A stretch of 64,000 nt of DNA from an uncultured Bacillota bacterium (GTDB lineage Bacteria; Bacillota_I; Bacilli_A; RFN20; CAG-449). Below, piece by piece: positions 29,913-40,153 of this stretch. Made by a program: the position numbers and the translations under genes. Position 1 is the stretch's first letter. Every line of letters begins with the position of its first letter. Under the pieces are notes generated by a model. The model was given only the letters and a program-made list of their open reading frames with translations. It had not been told where the DNA came from and made no database searches. The DNA is taken from positions 4,506 to 68,505 of the forward strand of contig CAJKZK010000001.1 of NCBI GenBank assembly GCA_905204225.1. The letters are read 5' to 3'.

Positions 29913-30314
29913 ATGGCAAAGAAAAAAGAAGTCAAATACTATGGCACAGGTCGTAGAAAATCATCTATCGCTAGAGTTTATTTAGTTCCTGGAAAAGGTG
30001 CTATTACAGTAAATGGTCAAGATGTTAATAACTATTTACCACATGCAACACTCGTTATGGATTTAAAACAACCACTTGAATTAACTGGAACAACTGAAAG
30101 ATTTGATATTATTGCAACAGTTACTGGTGGTGGATTTACAGGCCAAGCTGGTGCATTAAGATTAGGTATTGCAAGAGCTTTACTTGAAGCAAGCCCTGAT
30201 TATCGTGCTCCATTAAAAGTAGCAGGTATGTTAACAAGAGATTCTAGAGCTAAAGAAAGAAAGCACTATGGTCTCAAAAAAGCAAGACGTGCTCCACAAT
30301 TCTCAAAACGTTAA
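29913..30314 (+). CDS. rpsI: 30S ribosomal protein S9
   Basis: S9 sequence ending ...KRAPQFSKR. Confidence 0.95.
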   Translation: MAKKKEVKYYGTGRRKSSIARVYLVPGKGAITVNGQDVNNYLPHATLVMDLKQPLELTGTTERFDIIATVTGGGFTGQAGALRLGIARALLEASPDYRAPLKVAGMLTRDSRAKERKHYGLKKARRAPQFSKR

Positions 30315-30342
30315 TTTATTTCGTTTTAGGTTACAGAACATT

Positions 30343-30368
30343 AAAGAGGAGATTTTCTCCTCTTTTTG
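30343..30368 (+). terminator. Rho-independent terminator after rpsI (AAGAGGAGA-ttt-TCTCCTCTT plus T-run)
   Basis: Perfect 9-bp stem with T-run. Confidence 0.8.
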
Positions 30369-30518
30369 CGTGTTGCAAATTTTAATGTTTTAATATATTA
30401 TAAATTTAGAGCCTGTACTTATTTCGTTATTGTAAGATAGTGCATAGTCAGGCCATTATTTTAAATTTTACCTCTTGTTATGCAAGAGGTTTTATAAATT
30501 AAAGAGGGATGAAACATT

Positions 30519-32483
30519 ATGAATAAAATTAATAAAGAACAAATACTTATTTCTAGACATTATATTATGTCAAATGGACAAGAAGACAACAATAGAGATA
30601 AATATTATGCTTATTTATTAAATAAATTTGGCATCGAAATTGTCAATCCTAAATTTTTAAATAAAGAAGTTGTTCAACAATTAAAAAAATATTTAAAAAT
30701 TAATATACCTAATTCATTTTATAAAAATCCTCAAGATTTAAAATATTTTTCTTGTGAAGAATTATATTTAGAACAGCTTATTTCTTATATCAATATTGAT
30801 TTGATTGAAGGAAATCATAATAAAAATACAAATTTTAATCGTATAGAATTATTTAATAAAGTATTACCTAAATATGAGAATGGTAAAGAAATTAAAATAA
30901 GAAAATATAATATAATTCTAGAAAATGAAATTAATAAAATATTGAATGATATATTTGATGCATATTGTAATTATTCTCGTCCTTTTTCTATTGAAGAAGC
31001 AAATGAATTTTTATATTTATATTCATTAGGATTTTATCATAATCAAGATATTAAATGTAAAGATAATATTTTTTATTTATTAGATAAAGATATAAATTTT
31101 GCAAAATTACTTGATAGAAAAGATGTTGTAAAATTCTCTATTCTTAAATTTGGTAATGCAGATTTTAATAAAATGAACAAATCACAAAAAAACACATTGA
31201 AATTAATTAAAAATATGATTCCTTTGGTTAAAAAAACATCATTAAGTAAAAAGCAAGCTAAATTTTTTAATAAATTATGTAAAGAATGTAATTTAAAAAT
31301 TAGTGATAACAATGATAATTCACCATATAAAGCTGCAATAAAAGAAATAAAAAATGGAAATATTATTTCTGCTAGTAAAATATTTTTAGATAATGGATCT
31401 TTATTTGCTCGTAATTTTAGATTTTTATTATCAAGAGCTAATAATGAAGAAAAAAATATTTTAATAAATATGCTTCCTAATGACAATCCTATTTTGCTAT
31501 ATCAAATATTAACAACTATTTTAAATGATAAAGACAAAAGAATATTTACATTTAAAAATAATAATTTAGTGAAATGTCATATTGAAACTGATTATGAAGA
31601 AAAATATAGAAAATCAAAATTAGATTATGAAACATGTGAAACACTATCTAATATTATTAAAAATAAAATTGATTCATATTATTTGTCTTTACCAAAATTA
31701 GGAAAAATATATATTTCTGAAAAATTTAAAAAAATTGCTTTGCCTGTTAATAATTCGTGTTCAGGAAGAGGTTTAGATGTGCTTCCAACTGGTTCAAGAA
31801 TTAAAATTAATGGTAATTATATAAGAACTTTTTGTTATTGGAAAAATGTATTTGATATTGATACATCGGCATTATTTATAAAAGATGATTTTAATAAAAA
31901 TAATGATTATGTTGAACTTTCTTGGAGGAATTATAATACTCTTCCTTTAGGAAAATCTGCTTTATCTTCTGGTGATTGTAGAGATGAAAATGGAGCAGAA
32001 TATCAAGATTTTAAAATAGATGAATTGTTAGAATTAGGTTATAGATATGTTATTTATACTCTTAATGGCTATGGTGGAAAACTTAATGAAGGTGACATTG
32101 TATGTGGTTATCAAAATAAGAATAACTTAAATACAAGTGCATGGGATCCTAAAAATATTGAATTTAAAATTAATGTTATAAGTAATTCATGTGCTTATAT
32201 AGGCTTTGCAATAGATTTAAAAACAAAAGAAATTATTGTTTTAAACCTTAATTCAAGTGGAAATAATCAAGTAGTAAATAAAAAACAATTATTATTAATA
32301 GAAAGATATTTAAACGAAAATTATTTAAATTATAGTATGTATGATTTACTTAAATGTAGAGGAGAAATTACTTCAAAAGAAGAAGCAAATATCATATTTG
32401 ATGAAGACTATATACCTTTAGATAATCAAAAAACAATTAAATCTTATGAAATGGAAAAACTTGTTGCATTGATTAATGAATAA
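30519..32483 (+). CDS. Large cytoplasmic protein with a C-terminal TerD-like (Ca-binding, tellurite-resistance-family) domain. The N-terminal 400 aa are uncharacterised.
   Basis: C-terminal FCYWKN...DIDTSALFIKDD...SGDCRDENGAEYQDFKIDEL, matching the TerD signature GlgWD/DlDasa/GDnxxGeg.dDE. Confidence 0.45.
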   Translation: MNKINKEQILISRHYIMSNGQEDNNRDKYYAYLLNKFGIEIVNPKFLNKEVVQQLKKYLKINIPNSFYKNPQDLKYFSCEELYLEQLISYINIDLIEGNHNKNTNFNRIELFNKVLPKYENGKEIKIRKYNIILENEINKILNDIFDAYCNYSRPFSIEEANEFLYLYSLGFYHNQDIKCKDNIFYLLDKDINFAKLLDRKDVVKFSILKFGNADFNKMNKSQKNTLKLIKNMIPLVKKTSLSKKQAKFFNKLCKECNLKISDNNDNSPYKAAIKEIKNGNIISASKIFLDNGSLFARNFRFLLSRANNEEKNILINMLPNDNPILLYQILTTILNDKDKRIFTFKNNNLVKCHIETDYEEKYRKSKLDYETCETLSNIIKNKIDSYYLSLPKLGKIYISEKFKKIALPVNNSCSGRGLDVLPTGSRIKINGNYIRTFCYWKNVFDIDTSALFIKDDFNKNNDYVELSWRNYNTLPLGKSALSSGDCRDENGAEYQDFKIDELLELGYRYVIYTLNGYGGKLNEGDIVCGYQNKNNLNTSAWDPKNIEFKINVISNSCAYIGFAIDLKTKEIIVLNLNSSGNNQVVNKKQLLLIERYLNENYLNYSMYDLLKCRGEITSKEEANIIFDEDYIPLDNQKTIKSYEMEKLVALINE

Positions 32484-32522
32484 ATAAGTAATTAAAATTC
32501 AAATTCAATAATAAATTATAAT

Positions 32523-33191
32523 ATGAAAAAAATATTTATAATTATTTCATGGATTTTAGTTATATCTACAATTATATTCATTCCTTTAACATTTAATAAA
32601 TGTATAGATGTTTCATCTTTTATTGATTTTATCGTTTTTATTGATCCAGGCCATGGTGGAAAAGACAATGGAGCGACATATTTAGATATATATGAAGATG
32701 AAATAAATTTATCTATAGCAAAAAAATTATATGAAAAATGTATATCTAAAAATCTAATTGCGTATATATCTCGAACTGATGATTATGATTTGGCTTCATT
32801 ATACGCGAAAAATAGAAAAAATGAAGATTTATATAAAAGAGTAGAAAATATCAACCATTCAGGTTGTGATGTATTTATATCCATACATGTAAATAAATAT
32901 CCAACAAATGATGTTAATGGACCCATGGTTTATTATGATAAAAATAATGAATATTCATATTTATTATCTAAAAATATTCAAAAAGAATTAAATATTTTAT
33001 CTAACAAAAATAAAACAGTTCATTATGAAGATTTTTATTTATTCAAAAATTGTACTAAACCAGGTGTTATTGTTGAATGTGGCTTTATTTCTAATGAAGA
33101 AGAAAGAAGCAAACTTATTGATGATAAATATCAACAAGCGATAGTAGATGCTTTATATCAAGGAATATATAATTATTATTTAAATAATTGA
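32523..33191 (+). CDS. N-acetylmuramoyl-L-alanine amidase (Amidase_3, CwlD-like) with an N-terminal TM anchor
   Basis: IDPGHGGKDNGA and ISIHVN motifs. Confidence 0.7.
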   Translation: MKKIFIIISWILVISTIIFIPLTFNKCIDVSSFIDFIVFIDPGHGGKDNGATYLDIYEDEINLSIAKKLYEKCISKNLIAYISRTDDYDLASLYAKNRKNEDLYKRVENINHSGCDVFISIHVNKYPTNDVNGPMVYYDKNNEYSYLLSKNIQKELNILSNKNKTVHYEDFYLFKNCTKPGVIVECGFISNEEERSKLIDDKYQQAIVDALYQGIYNYYLNN

Positions 33192-33342
33192 AACCCCTTT
33201 CTTACAAATAATAAAAAATATTATTGACAAATAATATAACTTTTTATAAGATGAAATATCAAAAGATAGCATTTTTATGCTATTTTTTAAACTAAATTAT
33301 TAAAAAGAAAGGAGATACGTGTAATACGTAAAAATAAGAATT

Positions 33343-33480
33343 ATGAAAAAAGAATATATTATACCAACAATATCTTTTATTAATGTGAATTATGAAGATG
33401 TTATATTAGCAAGCAATTTAAAAGCAAATGAAACCCTTGATTGGAACACAAGTGTTAATGGTGAAACATGGGGTAAATAA
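33343..33480 (+). CDS. Unannotated 45-aa ORF (MKKEYIIPTISFINVNYEDVILASNLKANETLDWNTSVNGETWGK), homologous to the 43-aa ORF at 23649 and ending 1 nt before the LRR protein gene
   Basis: Shared Y-x-P-x-IS-x-x-x-N-x-[DE]-DVI motif. Weak RBS. Confidence 0.3.
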   Translation: MKKEYIIPTISFINVNYEDVILASNLKANETLDWNTSVNGETWGK

Positions 33481-33481
33481 A

Positions 33482-34648
33482 ATGAAAAAAATTAAAAAAT
33501 TATTTATTCTTCCATTATTAGCGTTATCTCTATTTAATGTTAATAATACTCAATTAACTAATTCTCAATTTCAATTAGAAGAAACAACTAATGATGAAAA
33601 TATCGTTGGAATTAGAAAAGAAATTACATCTACTTCAAATAATGATGTTAAAGTATCTAATATTCTAAAAGTACAAGCATCAAATGTAGAAAATGGTAAA
33701 AGATCATTAAGATTTGTTGCAGGCATATCAAGCCTTTCATTAAAAGCACATTTCCACAGAGAAGAAATCAAAGTAAATAATGAAGTAATAATGAAAGCAA
33801 ATGATATTGAAGTCACTTGTGCTTATTCAAAAATATTAAATGGAACTGTTGAACAAACAGCAAATACAGTATTTGAAAATAATGAGTATAAATATTTTGT
33901 TGCATATACATTAAAAGATATTCCAGAAGAATATTGGTCAACTGTAATTAATGTTTCTCTTATTTTAGAAGATGGTAATAAAGCCGCTACTAAAAAAGCT
34001 AATGTAGATGCGTTTGATGAATCAAAAACAAATGAAGAATGTTTTTCGTTTAGTAAATTGAATGATGGTAACTATGCCATTGCCGTGAAAAATGATTATA
34101 AAGCAACAATAAAGGAATTAAATATCCCATCATATTATTATGAAACGATTGATACAAACAATGAATTTGTAAAAACAAAAAATATGATAACGACTATTGG
34201 ATATAAATCAAATAGTAGTGTTGAAATTATAGGCTTTAGTGGTTGTACAAATTTAACTTACATTAATATTCCAAGTACAATTACACAAATTAAAGATTCG
34301 TCTTTTACAAATTGTAGTTCTTTAACAACTGTTATTTTTAATTCTGGTGTTAATATTGGACATTGGGTATTTGTTTCATGTAATAAAATTGAAAAACTAA
34401 TTTTACCAAAAGGTACAGTTCTTGGAATGCAACCATTTGGTGATCACCATGAAAATCTATCTGTATATTATGAAGGTGAAACAATACCTACAAGCTGGAA
34501 TCAATTCTGGAGAGAGGCGTCAAAATTTAAATTTTATTTATTTTCATCAACTCAACCTACATCAAATCCAACTAATGCAGATGGATATTGGCATTATGTA
34601 AATAATGAACCAGTTAAATGGGAAATTAGCACTGTAGTGAGCAAATAA
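33482..34648 (+). CDS. Secreted protein with BspA-type leucine-rich repeats. Start taken at the ATG at 33482 (MKKIKKLFILP).
   Basis: Signal peptide. C-terminal repeats of the form GCTNLTYINIPSTITQIKDSSFTNCSSLTTVIF (LRR_5-like). Confidence 0.5.
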   Translation: MKKIKKLFILPLLALSLFNVNNTQLTNSQFQLEETTNDENIVGIRKEITSTSNNDVKVSNILKVQASNVENGKRSLRFVAGISSLSLKAHFHREEIKVNNEVIMKANDIEVTCAYSKILNGTVEQTANTVFENNEYKYFVAYTLKDIPEEYWSTVINVSLILEDGNKAATKKANVDAFDESKTNEECFSFSKLNDGNYAIAVKNDYKATIKELNIPSYYYETIDTNNEFVKTKNMITTIGYKSNSSVEIIGFSGCTNLTYINIPSTITQIKDSSFTNCSSLTTVIFNSGVNIGHWVFVSCNKIEKLILPKGTVLGMQPFGDHHENLSVYYEGETIPTSWNQFWREASKFKFYLFSSTQPTSNPTNADGYWHYVNNEPVKWEISTVVSK

Positions 34649-34774
34649 AATACTAAATTTTTAGATAAAATTAACCCGAAAAAACGCTTAAATATGATAT
34701 AAATAAAAAAAATAAAAAAAGTTAAAAATATTGTTGATTTTTGAGTTGTATTATTATATTATATTTAAGCAATC

Positions 34775-34851
<77 letters not shown>

Positions 34852-34895
34852 TTGCTTAAATATTTCACCTTTGAAAAAAAGATGTTTATATAGAT

Positions 34896-34920
34896 GTTCA
34901 CCGTAAGGTGATTTTTTTTA
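34896..34920 (+). terminator. Terminator after the tRNA (TCACC-GTAA-GGTGA plus T8)
   Basis: Hairpin and T-run. Confidence 0.7.
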
Positions 34921-35069
34921 CTTGATTTTATAAAATTTTAATTTATTGATATTTTTAAAAAATATATACTTTTTTGACTTTGTTATTGTAGTTTACTGAT
35001 TTTTAGCTTGTAATCGCTTTCAAAAAATATATACTTTTTGTATACTTTAAAAAAAGGAGCTTTAAAACT

Positions 35070-36797
35070 ATGTTAGAAAAAGATCGTTTAATTGTACTTG
35101 AAAAAGAAAGAAAACATCAAGAAGAAAAAAACAATAAAATTAAAGAAAAAGAATTATATAAACAAAGATGTCGTATTTATGAAGAAATGGTTAAAAAGCA
35201 AAAAATCGAATCTCATAAAATAAAAAATGCTCCTAAAGATGCATATATTTCATTACGTCATATTAATAAGATATATGATAATAAGGTGCAAGCAGTATAT
35301 GATTTTAATTTAGATATTAAAGAAAAAGAATTTGTTGTATTTGTTGGCCCTTCAGGATGTGGTAAATCAACTACTTTAAGAATGATTGCGGGTTTAGAAG
35401 ATATTACTTGTGGTGATTTATTTATTGATAAGACTTACGCTAATGAATTACATCCAAAAGATAGAGATATTGCTATGGTTTTCCAAAGCTATGCGTTGTA
35501 TCCACATATGACAGTTGCGGGTAATATGGCTTTTGGCTTAAAAATAAAAAAATATCCTACTTTAAAAGTGGATGAAAATGGTAATCCTATCTTAGGCATT
35601 AATAAAAAAGCAATTAAAATATTAAAGAATCAATATAATAATTTAAATAAATATTTTGTTTCATTAGCTGAAGGTGAAGAAAAAAATAAAATAAAAAATG
35701 AATTAAATGAGATTAAGGAAAAAATTGAATATTTAGAAAAAACTCCTGTTGAAGTTTACGAATATAAACATTTGCCAAAAGATGAAATTAGATCAAGAGT
35801 AGAAAAAGCTGCTCAAATATTACAAATTTCTGAATACTTAGGAAGAAAACCAAAGGCTTTGTCAGGTGGCCAATGTCAAAGAGTAGCTCTTGGAAGAGCA
35901 ATTGTTAAAAATGCTAAAGTTTTCTTAATGGATGAACCATTATCTAATTTGGATGCTAAATTAAGAGTAGCAATGCGTAGTGAAATTATTAAATTGCACA
36001 ATGATTTAAATGCGACAACTATTTATGTTACACATGATCAAACAGAAGCTATGACAATGGCAACTAGAATTGTTGTTATGAATAAAGGTTATATTCAACA
36101 AATTGGTACACCAATTGAAATATATAATCATCCAGCAAATATCTTTGTGGCGACATTTATTGGTAGTCCTGCTATGAATTTAATTAATGCAAAATTTGTT
36201 AAAGATGAGGTTATATTACCGCAAGGAACAATTGTTAAGCTTGGTAAAGATTTTGAAAAAGCGGTTAACGATTTTTATGTAAAAGAAAAAGCAAATTTGG
36301 AACAAGAATTAAAACAAATTGAAGATAATTTTATTGAAAAGAAAGAATATGAAGATAAAATAAAAATTGTTGAAGAAAAAAATAAAAATCACTCAACAAA
36401 AATGTTAGAATATGAACTACAAAAATTGCATGAAGAATTAAAGCTTTGTTTGGAATCAAATGCTAGAAGAACTTATCTTATTAATTCATTAGAAAAGATA
36501 AATGCTCTTGATTTGAAAAAAGAAATTTCAGTTATTTTTGGAATTAGACCAGAAGATATTTATCAAGCAAATAGAATTTTGACTGATGAAGTTGTTTCTC
36601 AACAATTTGCTTTAAAAGTATCAGTTGCAGAATTATTAGGACATGAGTATTATGTTCATAGTGAGTTTGAAGGAGTAGAAATTGTATCTAAAATACATGC
36701 AAAAACATTAGTTAATGTTGGTGATGAATTGAATTTAGTTTTCGATCTATCAAAAATTCATTTATTTGATACAATAACTCAGAAGCTTATTAAATAG
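35070..36797 (+). CDS. Sugar ABC transporter ATP-binding protein (MsmX/MalK-like) with a 57-aa Lys/Glu-rich N-terminal extension and an insert of about 75 aa between the Q-loop and the signature motif
   Basis: Walker [15 protein letters not shown], Walker [12 protein letters not shown]-terminal regulatory domain. RBS AAGGAG supports the long start. Confidence 0.75.
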   Translation: MLEKDRLIVLEKERKHQEEKNNKIKEKELYKQRCRIYEEMVKKQKIESHKIKNAPKDAYISLRHINKIYDNKVQAVYDFNLDIKEKEFVVFVGPSGCGKSTTLRMIAGLEDITCGDLFIDKTYANELHPKDRDIAMVFQSYALYPHMTVAGNMAFGLKIKKYPTLKVDENGNPILGINKKAIKILKNQYNNLNKYFVSLAEGEEKNKIKNELNEIKEKIEYLEKTPVEVYEYKHLPKDEIRSRVEKAAQILQISEYLGRKPKALSGGQCQRVALGRAIVKNAKVFLMDEPLSNLDAKLRVAMRSEIIKLHNDLNATTIYVTHDQTEAMTMATRIVVMNKGYIQQIGTPIEIYNHPANIFVATFIGSPAMNLINAKFVKDEVILPQGTIVKLGKDFEKAVNDFYVKEKANLEQELKQIEDNFIEKKEYEDKIKIVEEKNKNHSTKMLEYELQKLHEELKLCLESNARRTYLINSLEKINALDLKKEISVIFGIRPEDIYQANRILTDEVVSQQFALKVSVAELLGHEYYVHSEFEGVEIVSKIHAKTLVNVGDELNLVFDLSKIHLFDTITQKLIK

Positions 36798-36805
36798 GAG
36801 TTTTA

Positions 36806-38107
36806 ATGGAAAAAAGTGTTTTACAACCATATAAAAATGAATTAAATCCACCATCATCTAGAAGAATAGAAGCGCATTTAATTGATGCGTTTTTAATAGT
36901 TATTATTTCTTTTCTTTTATTAATGCTTTCACATTTAATATTGGATAATTCATCTTTTTATAAACAAAAAGAAATAATACTTACTCAAGAAATGGTTAAA
37001 TGTTATGAAATAGAAGAAGAAGCGAAAATTTATTTTTTTGATGATAATGATAACCATTTGTATCAAAATCCTAGAGATCAAGAAAAAATATTTAATGAAT
37101 ATTGTTATAAACATATAGTATATTCTTTTAACATGAATAAAGAAGCATTTGAAAAAAATGGTATTAATATAGATAGCTTAAAAGATTATGCTCCTGCTTC
37201 TTATGAAGAAGATAATTTAGCTTATTTTTATGTTAATTATGTAGATAAATTTAATGAAAACAATGATATTTTAGATTTAAATGGAAAAAATGTTAAAGAA
37301 TATTATTATGGTATTTTAAAAAAGAATACATATAATCCGTTAGATAATGGTTCTTTATGGGTTTATAATGAAGAATTATCTTTACCTTATTTAAATTCTA
37401 AATACGCAATTGATTTATATAAATATTATCAAGATAATGATTATCAAGCTGGAAAATCTATTAGAAATTTACTTGCTTCAACATACCAAAAAATTTGGAA
37501 TGAAGAAGTAGAGTTATTAGTTAATTCTTCTAGATTTAAAGGCCATTACAATATATATAAAGAAAATTATGCTCAATGCTCATATATTTTAGATGGTTTT
37601 ACTGTTGGCTGTTATGCGTTAAGTTTTGTTATTGTTATTTTATTACCACAATTTATTTTTAAAAATATGCAAACGGTTGGGAAAAGATTATTAAAAATAT
37701 GTATTGCTGATAATGAAGGATACATTGTAACAGCTAAACAATTTGTTTTTAGAAATATTTGTTCATTTGTTTTATTCTTTGGGATAATGATTATTTCTTG
37801 CTTTTTTAGTGGTGGGTTACAAACTGGTTGGATGTATCCAATATTTGAAATAGCTGGAGCAGGGATTTCTTTGTTTTCATTTATGGCTATTTCAGCAATT
37901 ATGGCTTGTTTTTCATTTATTTTAATTTTTGTCAATAAGCAAAAAAGATCACTTCAAGATTTTATTTGTTCTACTCGAGGAATTGATGAAAGATATATTG
38001 TTTATGATAAAGAAGAAGATAAAATTGAAATTAAAGAAGATAATAAATATCTAGATTCATCTACTTTTTCAAATTCTGAACGTGTTGATCTAACAAAGAA
38101 GGATTAA
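36806..38107 (+). CDS. RDD-family-like membrane protein with a large extracytoplasmic loop
   Basis: N-terminal RRIEAHLIDAFLIVII (RDD-like) and C-terminal TM cluster. Confidence 0.3.
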   Translation: MEKSVLQPYKNELNPPSSRRIEAHLIDAFLIVIISFLLLMLSHLILDNSSFYKQKEIILTQEMVKCYEIEEEAKIYFFDDNDNHLYQNPRDQEKIFNEYCYKHIVYSFNMNKEAFEKNGINIDSLKDYAPASYEEDNLAYFYVNYVDKFNENNDILDLNGKNVKEYYYGILKKNTYNPLDNGSLWVYNEELSLPYLNSKYAIDLYKYYQDNDYQAGKSIRNLLASTYQKIWNEEVELLVNSSRFKGHYNIYKENYAQCSYILDGFTVGCYALSFVIVILLPQFIFKNMQTVGKRLLKICIADNEGYIVTAKQFVFRNICSFVLFFGIMIISCFFSGGLQTGWMYPIFEIAGAGISLFSFMAISAIMACFSFILIFVNKQKRSLQDFICSTRGIDERYIVYDKEEDKIEIKEDNKYLDSSTFSNSERVDLTKKD

Positions 38108-38960
38108 GATTATATTTAGATGGTGTTACTCCAAAATAATTTTTAAATTCTTTAGAAAAATAAAATTGATTTTTATATCCAACACAATAAGTAATTTGCG
38201 CAATTGAGAATGATTCTTTATTAAGTAATTCTACTGCTCTACGCATTCTTAACATAATTATATATTTCATAGGTGATATTCCAGTACTTTTTTTAAAAAT
38301 TCTTGTTAAATACGCTTGAGAAAAATAAAAATTATCAGCAATTTTTTTTATTGAAATATCTGGTGAAGTATAATTATTATTAACATATTCAATTATTTTT
38401 TTGATTTGATTTTCTTCTTTTGATAAAGAACTTTGATTTTTTTCAATACCATGTTCTTTAATTAAAAAAGATAAAATTTTCATTATTTCACTAGTGACTC
38501 TTAAAAATTCACTGTTTTGATTAGAAATAAATAGCTCTTCATTAAAAATGTTAGCAAAACAGTTAATTATTTGATTAAAGTCTTGAATTTTTAAATGCAT
38601 ATTGTTTGATTTAAAATTAATATGATCGCATAATTTTTTTAACCCGTTTCCATTTATTTCAATCCAAAAATAAGACCATGGATTGCTTGGATCTGGCCTA
38701 TATTTTACATGAGAATTTGGCTCAATTAAAAAACATTCACTTGATGATATTATTTCTTTTTTTTGATTTTGATTAATAATAATGCCCTTTCCTTTAACTA
38801 TAAAATGTAAAATGTAACATGATTTATTACTATCAATTAATTGTTTGTTTTTAATACATTCTTCATATCCAACAATAGATGTAGAAATATCTAAATTAAA
38901 ATCATCTATCATATTTCTAAAACAAAGACTCCTATTTATAAAATTTATTTTATTCATCAA
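38061..38960 (-). CDS. AraC-family transcriptional regulator (cupin-like sensor domain plus AraC HTH)
   Basis: C-terminal YFSQAYLTRIFKK...PMKYIIMLRM HTH. Divergent from the ABC permease genes. Confidence 0.75.
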   Translation of the reverse strand: MMNKINFINRSLCFRNMIDDFNLDISTSIVGYEECIKNKQLIDSNKSCYILHFIVKGKGIIINQNQKKEIISSSECFLIEPNSHVKYRPDPSNPWSYFWIEINGNGLKKLCDHINFKSNNMHLKIQDFNQIINCFANIFNEELFISNQNSEFLRVTSEIMKILSFLIKEHGIEKNQSSLSKEENQIKKIIEYVNNNYTSPDISIKKIADNFYFSQAYLTRIFKKSTGISPMKYIIMLRMRRAVELLNKESFSIAQITYCVGYKNQFYFSKEFKNYFGVTPSKYNLNPSLLDQHVQNLKK

Positions 38961-39172
38961 AAAAACCTCATCTAAATGTATCTTTATATATTTATATTAG
39001 TACATTTTATAAAAAGATAAATAATAAATATATTAAAAATATAAAAAATATATGTTAATTAGTACGTTTATGATATAAAATATCAAAAAAGTATATATTT
39101 TTAGTCATTTTATTTTATGGAAAAGAACTTATTTATTATTTATAATGTAAGTGCTTACAGAAGGAGAATAGC

Positions 39173-40144
39173 ATGGAAGCAAAAATTACAAAACAAGAAA
39201 TTGAAACATTATCAAGAACTCCAGGAAAACGTAAATGGTATTCTAAAATAGGATTAGCTCTTTTTGTAATGACAATTCCTACTATATTGTATATCTTTAT
39301 TTTTCATTATCTTCCTTTGAGTGGGTTAGTTATAGCATTTAAAGATTATACTTCTTTTAAAGGAATATTTGGTTCTCCTTGGACTTCAATGGGAGGCTTT
39401 AAACATTTTTATACATTTATAACTGCTCCAAATTTTTGGACTATTATAAGAAATACTTTAGTTTTATCAATAGCATCTATTATTTTTAATTCAATTTTAC
39501 CTATTATATTTGCTTTATTATTGAATGAAATAAAAGTAAAAAAATATAAAAGACTTATTCAAACTATAATGTATGCACCATATTTTATTTCAGTATCTGT
39601 TTTAGTTGGCATGATGTTTGCTTTCTTTAAAGTTGATAGTGGAATTTTTACAAGAATATTTGCTTTTTTTGGTTTTGATGCAACTAATTTAATGGAAAAT
39701 CCTGATTATTTTTGTATGCTATATGTTGTTTCTGGTTTGTGGCAAGGTTTAGGTTGGTGGTCAATTGTTTATATGGGTAGTTTAGCAAATGTTGACCCTA
39801 ATTTGCATGATGCTGCAATTATTGATGGAGCAGGAAGAGGTAGAAGAATTCTATATGTCAACTTACCTCAAATTATTCCTTTGGCAGTAATTATGTTTAT
39901 TATGTCAATTGGAAATATTTTAAGTGTTGGTTTTGAAAAAGTATATTTAATGCAATTATCAACGAACTTGTCTTCTTCAGAAATTATTGCAACATATGTT
40001 TATAATATTTCGTTCCCTAAATTTGGATCAGCTCAATATTCATACGCTACAGCAATTGGATTGTTTAATTCTGTGGTTAATATTATAATCTTATGTTTAG
40101 GAAACTTTGTTTCTAAAAAAGTTAGTGATAATTCACTATGGTAG
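39173..40144 (+). CDS. Carbohydrate ABC transporter permease (LplB/YtcP-like)
   Basis: 6 TM helices. Sugar ABC permease signature region. Confidence 0.75.
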   Translation: MEAKITKQEIETLSRTPGKRKWYSKIGLALFVMTIPTILYIFIFHYLPLSGLVIAFKDYTSFKGIFGSPWTSMGGFKHFYTFITAPNFWTIIRNTLVLSIASIIFNSILPIIFALLLNEIKVKKYKRLIQTIMYAPYFISVSVLVGMMFAFFKVDSGIFTRIFAFFGFDATNLMENPDYFCMLYVVSGLWQGLGWWSIVYMGSLANVDPNLHDAAIIDGAGRGRRILYVNLPQIIPLAVIMFIMSIGNILSVGFEKVYLMQLSTNLSSSEIIATYVYNISFPKFGSAQYSYATAIGLFNSVVNIIILCLGNFVSKKVSDNSLW

Positions 40145-40153
40145 GAGATAGTT

